From: an uncultured Actinomycetota bacterium
Lineage (GTDB): Bacteria > Actinomycetota > Actinomycetes > JADGOV01
Length of the DNA stretch: 64,000 nucleotides
Assembly: GCA_963814355.1 (NCBI GenBank)
Contig: CAWFCZ010000018.1
Span: 854,590 to 918,589, forward strand
Reading direction: 5' to 3'
Part shown: positions 1 to 8,968 of the stretch, piece by piece
Layout: each line of letters opens with the position of its first letter
How positions within the stretch are numbered: position 1 is the first letter of the stretch
Translations under genes and position numbers: made by a program
Notes under the pieces: model-generated
The model's database searches: none
Told to the model about the DNA's origin: nothing
What the model saw: only the letters and a program-made list of their open reading frames with translations

Positions 1-130
1 CGATCACCGTGGATCACGGCGCGCAGACGCTCGCCTTCGTCGCCGGCAAGGCTTCGCTGTTGTGGACCGCTGCGACGAGCCCTGCGGACTACGGCCACGA
101 CATCGGCGAACTCGTCCGCAAGGTCCCGGC

Positions 131-628
131 GTGAGCAGGACAGCGCTCTGCCTGCTGCTCGGGATGGGAGGGGTCCTCACGGCCTGCGCCGGGGGTCGAC
201 CAGCGCACGATCCGCTGCTCGAGATCCGGGTACCCACCGCGGTGACGCTTCGCTCGGCTCCGGTAGCCGGACTCGGGCCGGTCCTCACCGACGGCGGCGG
301 CCAGACGCTGTACATGTTCCCGCCGGACGCCGGCGGCAAAGTGTCCTGCACCGGCGCCTGCGCCGGAACGTGGGCACCGTTCGTCATCGCCCCGGGCCAC
401 ACGCCACAGATCACCGGCGGGGTGCACAAGGCCGACCTCGGGACGTTGAGCGACCCCAACACGGGCGGGCGGATCGTCACCTACAACGGGTTCCCGCTCT
501 ACCGCTATGCCGGCGACGTCGGTCCCGGCACGGCCCACGGCCAAGGACTTTTCCTCAACGGTGGTCCCTGGTACGCGGTCGACCCGTCGGGTCAGCCCGT
601 CACCTCCGACCCGGCATCGGGCGCTTGA
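131..628 (+). CDS. Secreted lipoprotein with repeated Yx(F/W/Y)xxD-type motifs (COG4315-like)
   Basis: GTG start at 131 gives a lipoprotein signal peptide (LLLGMGGVLTAC, lipobox). Repeated motifs YMFPPD / YNGFPLYRYAGD match the 'secreted repeat of unknown function' family. The ORF track lists the longer 62..628 form. Confidence 0.55.
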   Translation: MSRTALCLLLGMGGVLTACAGGRPAHDPLLEIRVPTAVTLRSAPVAGLGPVLTDGGGQTLYMFPPDAGGKVSCTGACAGTWAPFVIAPGHTPQITGGVHKADLGTLSDPNTGGRIVTYNGFPLYRYAGDVGPGTAHGQGLFLNGGPWYAVDPSGQPVTSDPASGA

Positions 629-639
629 ACCGCCCGACC

Positions 640-1395
640 ATGACCGCGAACCGGCCCGCCCGCAGCGGTGACGCACCAGCTACCGCCGTCCGCTCCCTGA
701 CCCGACGGACCGTGCTGGCCGGCGGCGCCGGCCTGGCGGCCGGTGCTGCAGCCACCGGCGCAGCGGACCGGGCGCTGCGAGGTCCCGGTCCGCACCTGGC
801 GTCGGCCGGCGAGGAGCTGATGACCGAACACGGTGTCCTCAAACGGGTGCTCCTCGCCTATCGTGCGGCGGCCGAGGCGCTGGTCGGCGGTGCGGCTCCA
901 CCCATCGGCGCGATCACCGACGCCGCCCAGATCGTCAGCGACTACGTGGAGAGCTTCCATGAAGGACTCGAGGAGGCCTACGTCTTCCCCCGGGTACGCG
1001 CCCTCCAGCCCGATCTTGTCCGGACCCTGCTACTCCAGCACGACCGAGGACGTCATCTCACCGCCCAGATCCTGAACGCCGTTGCAGGCGACCCGAGGAC
1101 GACCGCGCAGCGGCGCTCGCTGGCCGGGCTCCTCTCCAGCTTCGTGCGTATGTATGAGCCCCACGAGGCGTGGGAGGACACGGTCGTCTACCCCGCGCTC
1201 CGGACCACCACCCCCGGCCGCACGCTCACCCAGCTCGCCGAACGCTTCCACGACCTCGAGAACGCCAGGTACGGCGAGCACGCCCTCCGGCAGGTCGTCG
1301 ACCGGGTCTCCGGCGTCGAGCAACAACTCGGTATCGGCGACCTGTCGGCCTTCACACCGCGAGAGCCGCCGCGCCTCCCCCTCCGACCGAAGTGA
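640..1395 (+). CDS. Hemerythrin HHE cation-binding domain protein with Tat signal
   Basis: ATG at 640 (MTANRPARS) is followed by a twin-arginine-like signal (SLTRRTVLAGGAGLAAGAAATGA). His/Glu-rich helical segments (HGVLKRVL, HEGLEEAYVFP, HEAWEDTVVYP) are typical of hemerythrin-like domains. Confidence 0.5.
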   Translation: MTANRPARSGDAPATAVRSLTRRTVLAGGAGLAAGAAATGAADRALRGPGPHLASAGEELMTEHGVLKRVLLAYRAAAEALVGGAAPPIGAITDAAQIVSDYVESFHEGLEEAYVFPRVRALQPDLVRTLLLQHDRGRHLTAQILNAVAGDPRTTAQRRSLAGLLSSFVRMYEPHEAWEDTVVYPALRTTTPGRTLTQLAERFHDLENARYGEHALRQVVDRVSGVEQQLGIGDLSAFTPREPPRLPLRPK

Positions 1396-1403
1396 GATCG
1401 CGC

Positions 1404-1934
1404 ATGACCATCCTCCGCATCCGATCACCGCGTCACATCGCCGCCGCGGCGGGGCTGGCACTGGCTCTGGTGCTCACCGCGGCGTGTGCCAACCGGCAGC
1501 CAGGACATACGGCCGCCGCTGCCACCGCCCGAACGCCAAAGACAACGCTTGCCCACGCGGAAACCGGCACCCTGAGCGTCAGCGGCGGCTACGTCCCCCA
1601 GCCCGCCTCACCCGATGTGGCGGCTGCGTACCTCTCCATCACCAACAACGGCCCTCGAACCGTCCACCTAACCGGTCTCAGAACCGACGCGGCGGCTTCC
1701 GTCATGCCCATGACAGAGATCAGCAGCAACGGCGTCGGACACATGGCGAACATGACCGCCCTCTCGATCGCGCCCCACAGCACAGCCAGCTTCACTCCCG
1801 GACACGCTCACCTCATGCTCATGAAGCCGACCCGCACGCTGCGCGAAGGCGATCTCGTTGGGCTGACGATGACCTTCTCGCCAGCTGGGCTGGTAAGGCT
1901 CACACTGCCCGTCGTGCCTTCCACCGGTCCGTGA
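1404..1934 (+). CDS. Copper chaperone PCu(A)C (DUF461/YcnI-like) lipoprotein
   Basis: ATG at 1404 (MTILRIRSP). Signal peptide with lipobox LTAAC. A conserved Met-rich Cu-binding segment (HAHLMLMKP) and 'ISNNGP...L' match the PCuAC family. Confidence 0.55.
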   Translation: MTILRIRSPRHIAAAAGLALALVLTAACANRQPGHTAAAATARTPKTTLAHAETGTLSVSGGYVPQPASPDVAAAYLSITNNGPRTVHLTGLRTDAAASVMPMTEISSNGVGHMANMTALSIAPHSTASFTPGHAHLMLMKPTRTLREGDLVGLTMTFSPAGLVRLTLPVVPSTGP

Positions 1935-2114
1935 CGAAAACAGCCGCAGGCGCGTCACTCTCCGTAGCTTCCCGGCCCGGCCCCCGGGTCAGCACTGTCA
2001 CACCAACCGGTCCCCGCCGTCACGTGCCTGGCCCGACATAAGAAATCTCGCGGGTGCTTGTGCTGCAGCGGGCACGGGCTCGTGGAGGCCGCCAGCCGAG
2101 TCACCTCACGATGC

Positions 2115-2336
2115 CTACTTCGCGGCCACCCGCCGGGCGGCGCCGCCTCGAGACCGGAAGGTCACGCCAGCCTCGATCAACAAGCGTCGCACTCGGCCGA
2201 TGCTGTAGCCGGTCTCGGCGCAGAGCTGGCGCACGCTCATGCCGCCCTGATATTCCTTGAGCAGCTCGGCCCCAGCCGCCGTGCGATCCGCCTCGGCCAT
2301 CCGGCGGCCGCGGTCCAGCCGGGGAAGCTTGTCCAT
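2115..2336 (-). CDS. Small helix-turn-helix DNA-binding protein
   Basis: 73-aa product (MDKLPRLDRG...). A clear HTH is present: MSVRQLCAETGYSIGRVRRLLIEAGV. It lies immediately downstream of the MT-A70 methyltransferase on the same strand. Confidence 0.45.
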   Translation of the reverse strand: MDKLPRLDRGRRMAEADRTAAGAELLKEYQGGMSVRQLCAETGYSIGRVRRLLIEAGVTFRSRGGAARRVAAK

Positions 2337-2368
2337 GGCGGCAGAGTGCCACAACCGGATCGGGATCG

Positions 2369-2980
2369 CTACTGCTCATCCCAGCTGTAGCCCAGGTGCT
2401 TGCGCCCGCGTGGCGGGACGCCGCCCACCGCCTCCATCCCCCACGCCGACCAGCCCGCGCGCGGATAGCGCGCGAACAGTTCGAGGTACGGTCTCGGGGA
2501 GCAAGCCTCGATGATCTCGTACTGCTCGTCGGGTTTCCGGGAATGCTCGCGCTTGCGGGTCTCGATGATGTTGACCTGCCGTCGGGCCGGGTCGAGGGTG
2601 CGCAGGCTGCCCCGCACGCCGAAGAGCACCAACTCGGTGACGTTGCGGAAGTAGAAGCCGACGCCGCGCCCGTCCGGGCCGCCGTCCTTGCGCCGCTTGG
2701 CCCACACCAGATTGCTGACGTAGCGGAAGCCCCAAGCGTTCAGCACGCGCAGCCCCTCGGGCAGCAGTGCGTTGGGCACCCACAGGTACAGGTGAGCGCT
2801 GTCGGCCAGGACGTCGGCGACCGGCAGGGCCGCGATCGCGTCGGTGGCCATCGTGTCGTAGCGGTCGAGCCGGCGATGCTCGGGCGCCACCTTGCCGGTC
2901 CGGTTCTGGAACCGCCAGGCGGGGTCAGCCAGCACCGTGGTGAACCCTCCGTCTACCGTCGGGAGCGCCGGGAGGGCCAT
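2369..2980 (-). CDS. MT-A70 family N6-adenine DNA methyltransferase (orphan)
   Basis: Start at M50 of the ORF (MALPALPTVDGGF...). It has a DPPW-type catalytic motif variant (LADPAWRF) and the downstream conserved block (YLWVPNALL...GFRYVSNLVWAKRRKDGG...FYFRNVTELVLFGVRG) characteristic of the MT-A70/Ime4-like family. No restriction endonuclease gene is adjacent. Confidence 0.6.
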   Translation of the reverse strand: MALPALPTVDGGFTTVLADPAWRFQNRTGKVAPEHRRLDRYDTMATDAIAALPVADVLADSAHLYLWVPNALLPEGLRVLNAWGFRYVSNLVWAKRRKDGGPDGRGVGFYFRNVTELVLFGVRGSLRTLDPARRQVNIIETRKREHSRKPDEQYEIIEACSPRPYLELFARYPRAGWSAWGMEAVGGVPPRGRKHLGYSWDEQ

Positions 2981-3364
2981 GGCGGGTGCCGCGTCGGCTC
3001 GCAGCGCGGCCACCCGCACCCTCGTGCGCCGTGGCTGCGCACAGCGGGTCGTCGGCTGCGCATTGGCCGGCCCGGCGGCCGCACTCCCCGCGCGCTGTGC
3101 GGTGGAATCACGGTTCAGGGCCGGCATGGCTCAGAGATACCACGCGAGGAAGCCTCCGTCTGGGAGGCTACGGCCGGGCAGGAGGAGTCGCCGGGGCGCC
3201 AGTTGACTGAGACTCTCTCCCCCGAACGGCCATTCATGAGCCGAGCCCGGTGCAAAACCCCGCGCAATGGAGTACACGTAGCGAACAGCCCGGGGCCAGA
3301 CGCCAACGGGGTGCACACGCGGGCGGCGGAGGTCTCGGTGCGGGTTTCGGGTTTGCGGACAACC

Positions 3365-6300
3365 ATGGTTGGCGCGCTCAGCGTGGCGACCGCGCTGGCG
3401 GTCGCTCCGGCGGGGGGCGCCGTTGCCGGCCAACCAGCCGGGAAGGGCGCGCCCGCACCGGCCCCGGCCAGCACCTCCCCGGCGGTCGCCATCTCGCCCA
3501 CCGCCAGCGCCGCGCTGCGTTTCGAGCCGAACGTCGGCCAGGCGCCGGCGTCGGTCCGGTACCTGGCACGTGGCCCGGCGCAGACCGCCTGGCTCGACCC
3601 GACCGGGGTCTCCGTCGCCGTAGCGGCCAGGCCCAGCGACCACGGCCGGCGGCCGCCCACATCCGCCAAGGCCGCCACACCCAGGCCGGCCGCAGCCGCT
3701 CCGATCCGGCTGTCCTTTGTCGGGGCGGCGCCGACGGCACGCGCGGTCCCGGTCGGCAGAGCACCCGGTGTGAGCAACTACCTCATCGGACGGGACCCGG
3801 CCGGCTGGCACACCGGGGTGCCCGCCTGGTCGGGGCTGCGGTTCACCAACGTGTATCCCGGCATCGACGTGCGGTACTCCGCCGGGGCCGACAACGGCCT
3901 GCGCTTCGACGTGCTGGTCGCGCCCGGAGCGGACCCGTCCCGGCTGCGGCTGCGCTTCCCGGCCGGTGCCACCATCGCCTCGGAACACTCCGGCGACCTC
4001 GTCGTCAGGATCGGGCAAGGACCGCCGCTGCGACTGCACCGGCCGACCACGTACCAGCCGAGCCGGCCGTTCGCCCGGCCATCGGATCCGACCAAGCCGG
4101 TGGCGCTGCCGGCCGCCCAGCCCGGGCAGGCAGCCGTCCCGTCCACCTTCCGGGTCGCCGGCCATGACGTCACGATTGCGCTGGGTCGCTACGACCGCAC
4201 CCGGGCCCTGGTCATCGACCCGACTATCGTCTATTCGACCCCGTTCCCCGGATCCGTGGAGGATCTCGCGGTGGACCGCACCGGGGCGGTCTACCTCGCC
4301 TCGACGGCCATCTCCGCGGGCGCCCCGGTGCGCCGGCTGGGCCCCACGGACGGCAACGACGCGGTAGTGGCGAAGGTGGACCGCACCGGCAGCGTGCTGG
4401 AGTGGATCACCTACCTCGGCGGTTCCTCATACGATTCGGCGACGGCTCTGGCGGTCGACCCCGAGGGCGGGACCCTCGTCACCGGGTACACCTCCTCGAC
4501 GGACTTTCCGCTCCGCCGACCGACGCGATCACGGCCGGCCGGCTCGTTCGTGGCCGCCCTGAACAGCGGTGGCACCGCCGTGAGCTTCGCCTCCTACGTC
4601 GGGACCGGCACCAGCTACGCCGTCGACGTCGCCGCCGGGCCGGCCCACCGAGCGATGGTGCTGCTCACCGCGCACACCGCCGGGCTGCCGCTGGTCGGAC
4701 GGAACGCGCGACCCTACCGCGGCTCTGACGACGGCTACCTCACCGCGCTCGACGTGCACGCCGGGCGGGTGGCCTTCGGTGGCTACCTCGGCGGCTCCCT
4801 TCAGGAACTCCCGGCGGCACTGGCGGTCGGTGCCGACGGCACCAGCTACGTGGTCGGATCCACGGACTCCACGGACTTCCCGGTGCGCGGCGCCGTACAA
4901 CCGGACAGCGGCGGTGACTCCGATGGATTCCTGGTCGCGGTCGACCGGCTCGGCACCGTGGTCACCGGGACCTATCTCGGTGGCTCGGACAGCGACACCC
5001 CGACCGGTGTGTCCGTTGGTGGTACCGATGTGGTGGTCGCCGGTGGAACGTACTCCACAGACTTCCCCATCCGCCGGGCCGCTCAGAGCCGACCCGCCGG
5101 ATACGAGGACGCCTTCCTTACCCGGTACGGCCTGGGCGGGCGAACCCTCCTGACCTCGACATACCTTGGGGGCCGGGGTTTCGAGGAGGCCGACGGTGTC
5201 ACCCTCGGCCCGGACGGCACGGCGTACCTCGCCGGCTACGCGTCCGAGGGCTTTCCGACGCTGCAACCCCTGCCCGACCAGGCCGGGCCTCTGTTCGTGG
5301 CCGCAATCGGGGCCGACGGCCGGATCCGGCGCTCCACGCTGCTCGGCACGTCGGTGGACGGCAACGCGAACGTGTCCGTGATCAAGGCCGACCCCTTCGG
5401 GCAGGTGTACCTCGGGGGGTACGCCGACCCCGGCGTCGTCCCGATAGTTCATCCACTCCCCTTCGACGGCGACACAGGCTTCCTGATGCGGTTGCAGCTG
5501 CTCCCGACGACGATCCGGACCTGCGCCGGCGTACCGGTGACCATCACGGGTACCGACGGCCCGGACCGGTTGACCGGCACCAACGGCGACGACGTGATCG
5601 ACGGCCGAGGCGGGAACGACGTCATTGACGGCCTGGGCGGGAACGACGTCATCTGCGGCGGCCCGGGGGCGGACCGGCTGACCGGCGGGGCCGGCCGGGA
5701 TGTGCTCCGCGGTGACGACGGGGCGGACCTCCTCACTGGCGGCCCGGGGGCGGACACCCTCGACGGCGGCCCGGGGGCGGACACCCTCGACGGCGGTCCG
5801 GGGCGCGACGCGCTCACGGGTGGCGCCGGGAACGACCGGCTGGTCGGCGGCCCCGGGGATGACACGCTGTCCGGCGGTGCCGACCGTGACGTGTGTCTGG
5901 GGGGTACCGGCGCCGCGGACACCGCGGTGCAGTGCGAGATCGCCGTCTGCCAGCTGTGCTGGCAGACGGCAGATGCGCCGCCCATCTCCGGGGAGGCACA
6001 GCTGTTCGATGTCGCCGGGTCCACCTCGAAATCGGCCTGGGCGGTCGGGGTCAGTCGCGACGTGGACAGAGTCGTCCGCGGCCTCGTCGAGCACTACACC
6101 GGGTCGCGCTGGCAGGTGGTACCGGTGCCCCTGCCCGCCGACAGTCAGTTGCTGGCCGTCGACGTCGCCGGTACCGACGTGTGGGCGGTCGGGGCCACCT
6201 TCGACCGGAGGGGGGCCGCCCGACCGCTGGTGCTGCACGGCACCGGCCGCACGTGGCGGGTTCTGCCACCGCCGGCCAGCTCCGGCGGCTTGAGCGGTGT

Positions 6301-6976
6301 CACCGTGGCTGCTGGCCAGGTGTGGGTCAGCGGAGCCGACAGCGGCCCGCTCGTCACCCGCTGGACCGGGACCGGATGGTCGCGGCTGCCGAACCCGCCG
6401 GGCGTGACGGTCGCCTCGGATGTGGCCCTCGACGCACCCGGCAATGTGTGGACCGCCGGGTCACGGTACGTCGAACGCCAGGACGGTGTCGCGACCACCG
6501 CGGTGCACTGGACCGGGAGCCACTGGGAGCGCTCGCCGCTGGGCCCACCGGCCTCGGGCTTCATCGATCAGGAAGTGAACGACGTCTCGGTGATCCCGGG
6601 CCTCGGGGTGCGGGTGGCCGGTGCGGTCGGTGACTTCCGGGGCGGCTTCCGCACGTCGTTCCTGGTGGCCCCGAACGCGCCGGCGGCGAGCCGCACCTTC
6701 GCCGGCTTCACCGCGGAGCAGTTCGCCGGCGTTGCCTCCGGGGCGTGGCTGGTGGGCTACACCGCGACCGGAGACTATTACGATCCGGGACCGCAGCAGC
6801 CGGCGGCCTACGGTTGGGACGGGCGCACCTTCCGGACTGCCCCGATCACGACGTTCGGCGAGGCTGCCGCCTTGCTCGGCACGGCGGCGTGGGGCGGCGG
6901 CGGGGCCTGGGCAGTCGGCGGGTACGTCGATCAGACCGGCACCCATGCCCTCATCCTGGAGCACCGGGCACAGTAG
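3365..6976 (+). CDS. Large secreted multidomain protein: SBBP beta-propeller repeats + hemolysin-type (RTX) Ca-binding repeats + C-terminal propeller-like WAVG repeats
   Basis: The best start is ATG 3365 (MVGALSVATALAVAPAGGAVAG signal peptide); the alternative ATG 3236 gives too long an n-region. There are about 7 repeats with G(Y/S)T.STDFP (SBBP repeat). Residues ~720-860 carry GGxGxDxL nonapeptide repeats (GNDVIDGLGGNDVICGGPGADRLTGGAGRD...). The C-terminus has 6-7 repeats of ..W(A/T)VG.. (propeller-like). The 5' part of ORF 2396..3364 is antisense to the MT-A70 gene and was rejected. Confidence 0.6.
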   Translation: MVGALSVATALAVAPAGGAVAGQPAGKGAPAPAPASTSPAVAISPTASAALRFEPNVGQAPASVRYLARGPAQTAWLDPTGVSVAVAARPSDHGRRPPTSAKAATPRPAAAAPIRLSFVGAAPTARAVPVGRAPGVSNYLIGRDPAGWHTGVPAWSGLRFTNVYPGIDVRYSAGADNGLRFDVLVAPGADPSRLRLRFPAGATIASEHSGDLVVRIGQGPPLRLHRPTTYQPSRPFARPSDPTKPVALPAAQPGQAAVPSTFRVAGHDVTIALGRYDRTRALVIDPTIVYSTPFPGSVEDLAVDRTGAVYLASTAISAGAPVRRLGPTDGNDAVVAKVDRTGSVLEWITYLGGSSYDSATALAVDPEGGTLVTGYTSSTDFPLRRPTRSRPAGSFVAALNSGGTAVSFASYVGTGTSYAVDVAAGPAHRAMVLLTAHTAGLPLVGRNARPYRGSDDGYLTALDVHAGRVAFGGYLGGSLQELPAALAVGADGTSYVVGSTDSTDFPVRGAVQPDSGGDSDGFLVAVDRLGTVVTGTYLGGSDSDTPTGVSVGGTDVVVAGGTYSTDFPIRRAAQSRPAGYEDAFLTRYGLGGRTLLTSTYLGGRGFEEADGVTLGPDGTAYLAGYASEGFPTLQPLPDQAGPLFVAAIGADGRIRRSTLLGTSVDGNANVSVIKADPFGQVYLGGYADPGVVPIVHPLPFDGDTGFLMRLQLLPTTIRTCAGVPVTITGTDGPDRLTGTNGDDVIDGRGGNDVIDGLGGNDVICGGPGADRLTGGAGRDVLRGDDGADLLTGGPGADTLDGGPGADTLDGGPGRDALTGGAGNDRLVGGPGDDTLSGGADRDVCLGGTGAADTAVQCEIAVCQLCWQTADAPPISGEAQLFDVAGSTSKSAWAVGVSRDVDRVVRGLVEHYTGSRWQVVPVPLPADSQLLAVDVAGTDVWAVGATFDRRGAARPLVLHGTGRTWRVLPPPASSGGLSGVTVAAGQVWVSGADSGPLVTRWTGTGWSRLPNPPGVTVASDVALDAPGNVWTAGSRYVERQDGVATTAVHWTGSHWERSPLGPPASGFIDQEVNDVSVIPGLGVRVAGAVGDFRGGFRTSFLVAPNAPAASRTFAGFTAEQFAGVASGAWLVGYTATGDYYDPGPQQPAAYGWDGRTFRTAPITTFGEAAALLGTAAWGGGGAWAVGGYVDQTGTHALILEHRAQ

Positions 6977-7014
6977 TCCTGCCCGGCACGCCTCGGTGCG
7001 ACAGGAGACCACCA

Positions 7015-7428
7015 GTGCAGGTGACGCCGGGCTGGCAGGTGCCGGACTATGAACTGTCCTGGCGGTTCTCCCGTTCCTCCGGCCCGGGCGGTCAGTCGGT
7101 GAACACCACCGACAGTCGCGTCGAGCTCTCCTTCGACGTGGCCGGCGCGGCGTCGCTGCCACCGGAGCTGCGGGAGCGGGCGCTCCAACGCCTCGGCACC
7201 CGGCTGGTCGACGGGGTGCTCACCGTGACCGCCTCGGAGCACCGTTCCCAGCTGCGTAACCGGCAGGCGGCGGCGGCCCGCCTCGCCGGGCTGCTCCGCG
7301 ACGCGGTCCGCCCGCCGGCCCAGCCGAGGCGGCCGACTCGGCCGAGTCGGCGGGCCCGGGAGCGCCGCCTGGCGGCCAAGGCGCACCGGGCAGGGATCAA
7401 GCGTCTGCGCGGTCGTCCGGAGGAGTGA
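7015..7428 (+). CDS. arfB: Alternative ribosome-rescue factor ArfB (peptidyl-tRNA hydrolase, RF-1 domain)
   Basis: GTG start at 7015. The GGQ motif is in context (SSGPGGQSVNTTDSRVEL). The basic C-terminal tail (RRPTRPSRRARERRLAAKAHRAGIKRLRGR) is typical of ArfB/YaeJ. Confidence 0.65.
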   Translation: MQVTPGWQVPDYELSWRFSRSSGPGGQSVNTTDSRVELSFDVAGAASLPPELRERALQRLGTRLVDGVLTVTASEHRSQLRNRQAAAARLAGLLRDAVRPPAQPRRPTRPSRRARERRLAAKAHRAGIKRLRGRPEE

Positions 7429-7606
7429 CCTTCGGCGCCGCGGTGGGCGGCGGCGGGTCGAAGCGGCGCGGCACCCGCTTGAGCTGCTTGGTCATCGACC
7501 GGAAGAGGAAAACGCACAGCAGGCACAGGACGACGATGACCAGCAGCCCGATCGGGCCGGACTGGCCGGCACCGACGGTGACCGCGAGCTGCACGGTGGA
7601 AGTCAC
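7397..7606 (-). CDS. Small single-TM membrane protein (hypothetical)
   Basis: 69 aa with a GTG start and one hydrophobic helix (IGLLVIVVLCLLCVFLF) followed by a basic stretch. It sits in the gap between arfB and mca. Weak support only. Confidence 0.3.
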   Translation of the reverse strand: MTSTVQLAVTVGAGQSGPIGLLVIVVLCLLCVFLFRSMTKQLKRVPRRFDPPPPTAAPKVTPPDDRADA

Positions 7607-7617
7607 GGTTCAGTCTG

Positions 7618-8577
7618 TCACCGGACGGAGCGCCGGGCGCCGCCGGGCCCGCCGGCGGTGGTCACCCGCCGGTCCGGCCGGATCCCGGCGAACAAGTCGT
7701 CTTCGGGCAGCCCGCTCGCCACCCTGGACTGGGCCAGCTGGTAGTCCTCGGTCGGCCAGGCGGCCCGCTGCACCTCCAGCGGGCAGGCAAACCAGAAGCT
7801 CTTCGGATCCACCTGGGTGGCGTGCGCGAGCAGGGCCTTGTCCCGGGCCTCGAAGTAGTCCGCGCACCGCACCCGAGTGGTCACCCTTTCGCGGTCCTCC
7901 GGCTTGTCTACCCAGTCCGCCAGCCGCTCGACATAGGGCGACTCCAGCCCCATCGACACCATCTCGGTGTGCAGCGCCTCGAACCGGGCCTTGTGGAAGG
8001 TCATGTGGTAATAGAGCTTCAGCGGTCGCCACGGCTCGCCCAGCTCCGGTGCGTAGCCGGGATCACCGGCGCGCTCGAAGGCGAACACGCTCACGCGGTG
8101 ACACATGATGTGGTCCGGATGCGGATACCCGCCGTTCTCGTCATAGGTCAGGACCACGTGCGGCCGCTCCCGACGCAGCAGCTCGACCAGCGGCCGGCCG
8201 GCGTCGGCCACGTCCACGGTGGCGAAGCTGCCCACCGGCAGCGGCGGCAGCGGATCGCCCTCCGGAAGCCCGGAGTCGACGAAACCCAGCCAGACCTGCC
8301 GGACGCCGAGGATCTCCCGAGCCCGCTCCATCTCCCGTCGTCGCACGCTCGGCAGGTCGGCCACGATCTCGGGTCGGTCCATCGCCGGGTTGAGAATGGA
8401 GCCGCGCTCGCCGCCGGTGAGCGTGGCGACCAACACGTCGACCCCCTCGGCCGCGTACCGGGCCATGGTCGCGGCCCCCTTGCTCGACTCGTCGTCGGGG
8501 TGGGCATGGACGGCCAGCAGTCGCAGTTGTTCGACAAGCACGGGATGATTCTTACCGATGGATCCACGAGCGCCCAC
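7618..8577 (-). CDS. mca: Mycothiol S-conjugate amidase (LmbE-like; Mca/MshB family)
   Basis: AHPDDE zinc-binding motif is near the N-terminus (LLAVHAHPDDESSKGAATMARYAAEG...LTGGERG) and the sequence is colinear with the mycobacterial Mca N-terminus. Conserved synteny mca / small membrane protein / greA. An alternative GTG start at 8541 would remove the 20-bp divergent overlap with the next gene. Confidence 0.7.
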   Translation of the reverse strand: MGARGSIGKNHPVLVEQLRLLAVHAHPDDESSKGAATMARYAAEGVDVLVATLTGGERGSILNPAMDRPEIVADLPSVRRREMERAREILGVRQVWLGFVDSGLPEGDPLPPLPVGSFATVDVADAGRPLVELLRRERPHVVLTYDENGGYPHPDHIMCHRVSVFAFERAGDPGYAPELGEPWRPLKLYYHMTFHKARFEALHTEMVSMGLESPYVERLADWVDKPEDRERVTTRVRCADYFEARDKALLAHATQVDPKSFWFACPLEVQRAAWPTEDYQLAQSRVASGLPEDDLFAGIRPDRRVTTAGGPGGARRSVR

Positions 8578-8959
8578 CCGGCGAGCGCCAGCCGGCCGCT
8601 ACGGTGTCGCCCGGCCGCCCCGCGTCTTCTACGCGGTCGGCGGGGCGCTGCTCGTCGTGCTGACGGTGGTCATCGTCGTGCTGGGCCGCGACGCCGGCAC
8701 GCCGAAAGTGACCTACGGGGTACGCGCCTTCAGCACCGCGGAGCATTCGGTGCAGATCACTTTCGAGGTCCGTCTCCCGGCCGGCGCGACCGCTACCTGC
8801 CTGCTCCGCGCCCGGGACCGCGCCGGTGCCGAGGTGGGCCGCCGGCACGTTACGGTCGTCGGATCCGAGCGTCGGGGCACCGTGGTCCGTACCGAAACCC
8901 TGACCACCAGTGGCCGCCCGGTGACCGGGGAAGTCAACGACTGCCGGCTCACCGGCTAG
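8558..8959 (+). CDS. Small conserved membrane protein (Rv1081c-like, DUF4307-type)
   Basis: 133 aa with an N-terminal TM helix (VFYAVGGALLVVLTVVIVVLG) followed by a soluble domain. It occupies the conserved position between mca and greA seen in actinobacteria. Confidence 0.5.
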   Translation: MDPRAPTRRAPAGRYGVARPPRVFYAVGGALLVVLTVVIVVLGRDAGTPKVTYGVRAFSTAEHSVQITFEVRLPAGATATCLLRARDRAGAEVGRRHVTVVGSERRGTVVRTETLTTSGRPVTGEVNDCRLTG

Positions 8960-8968
8960 CCTCGAAGG

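Noticed and set aside
2396-3364. 5' 970 bp of the 1526-aa ORF 2396..6976
   Set aside because: It runs antisense through the MT-A70 methyltransferase gene, has no domain content, and places the signal peptide about 320 aa inside the protein. Start reassigned to ATG 3365.
4529-6238. 569-aa minus-strand ORF inside the giant SBBP/RTX gene
   Set aside because: Antisense of a well-supported repeat-protein CDS. Low-complexity Arg/Gly/Pro-rich translation typical of GC-rich antisense frames.
7425-8108. 227-aa plus-strand ORF
   Set aside because: Antisense to mca. Pro/Arg-rich with no domain.
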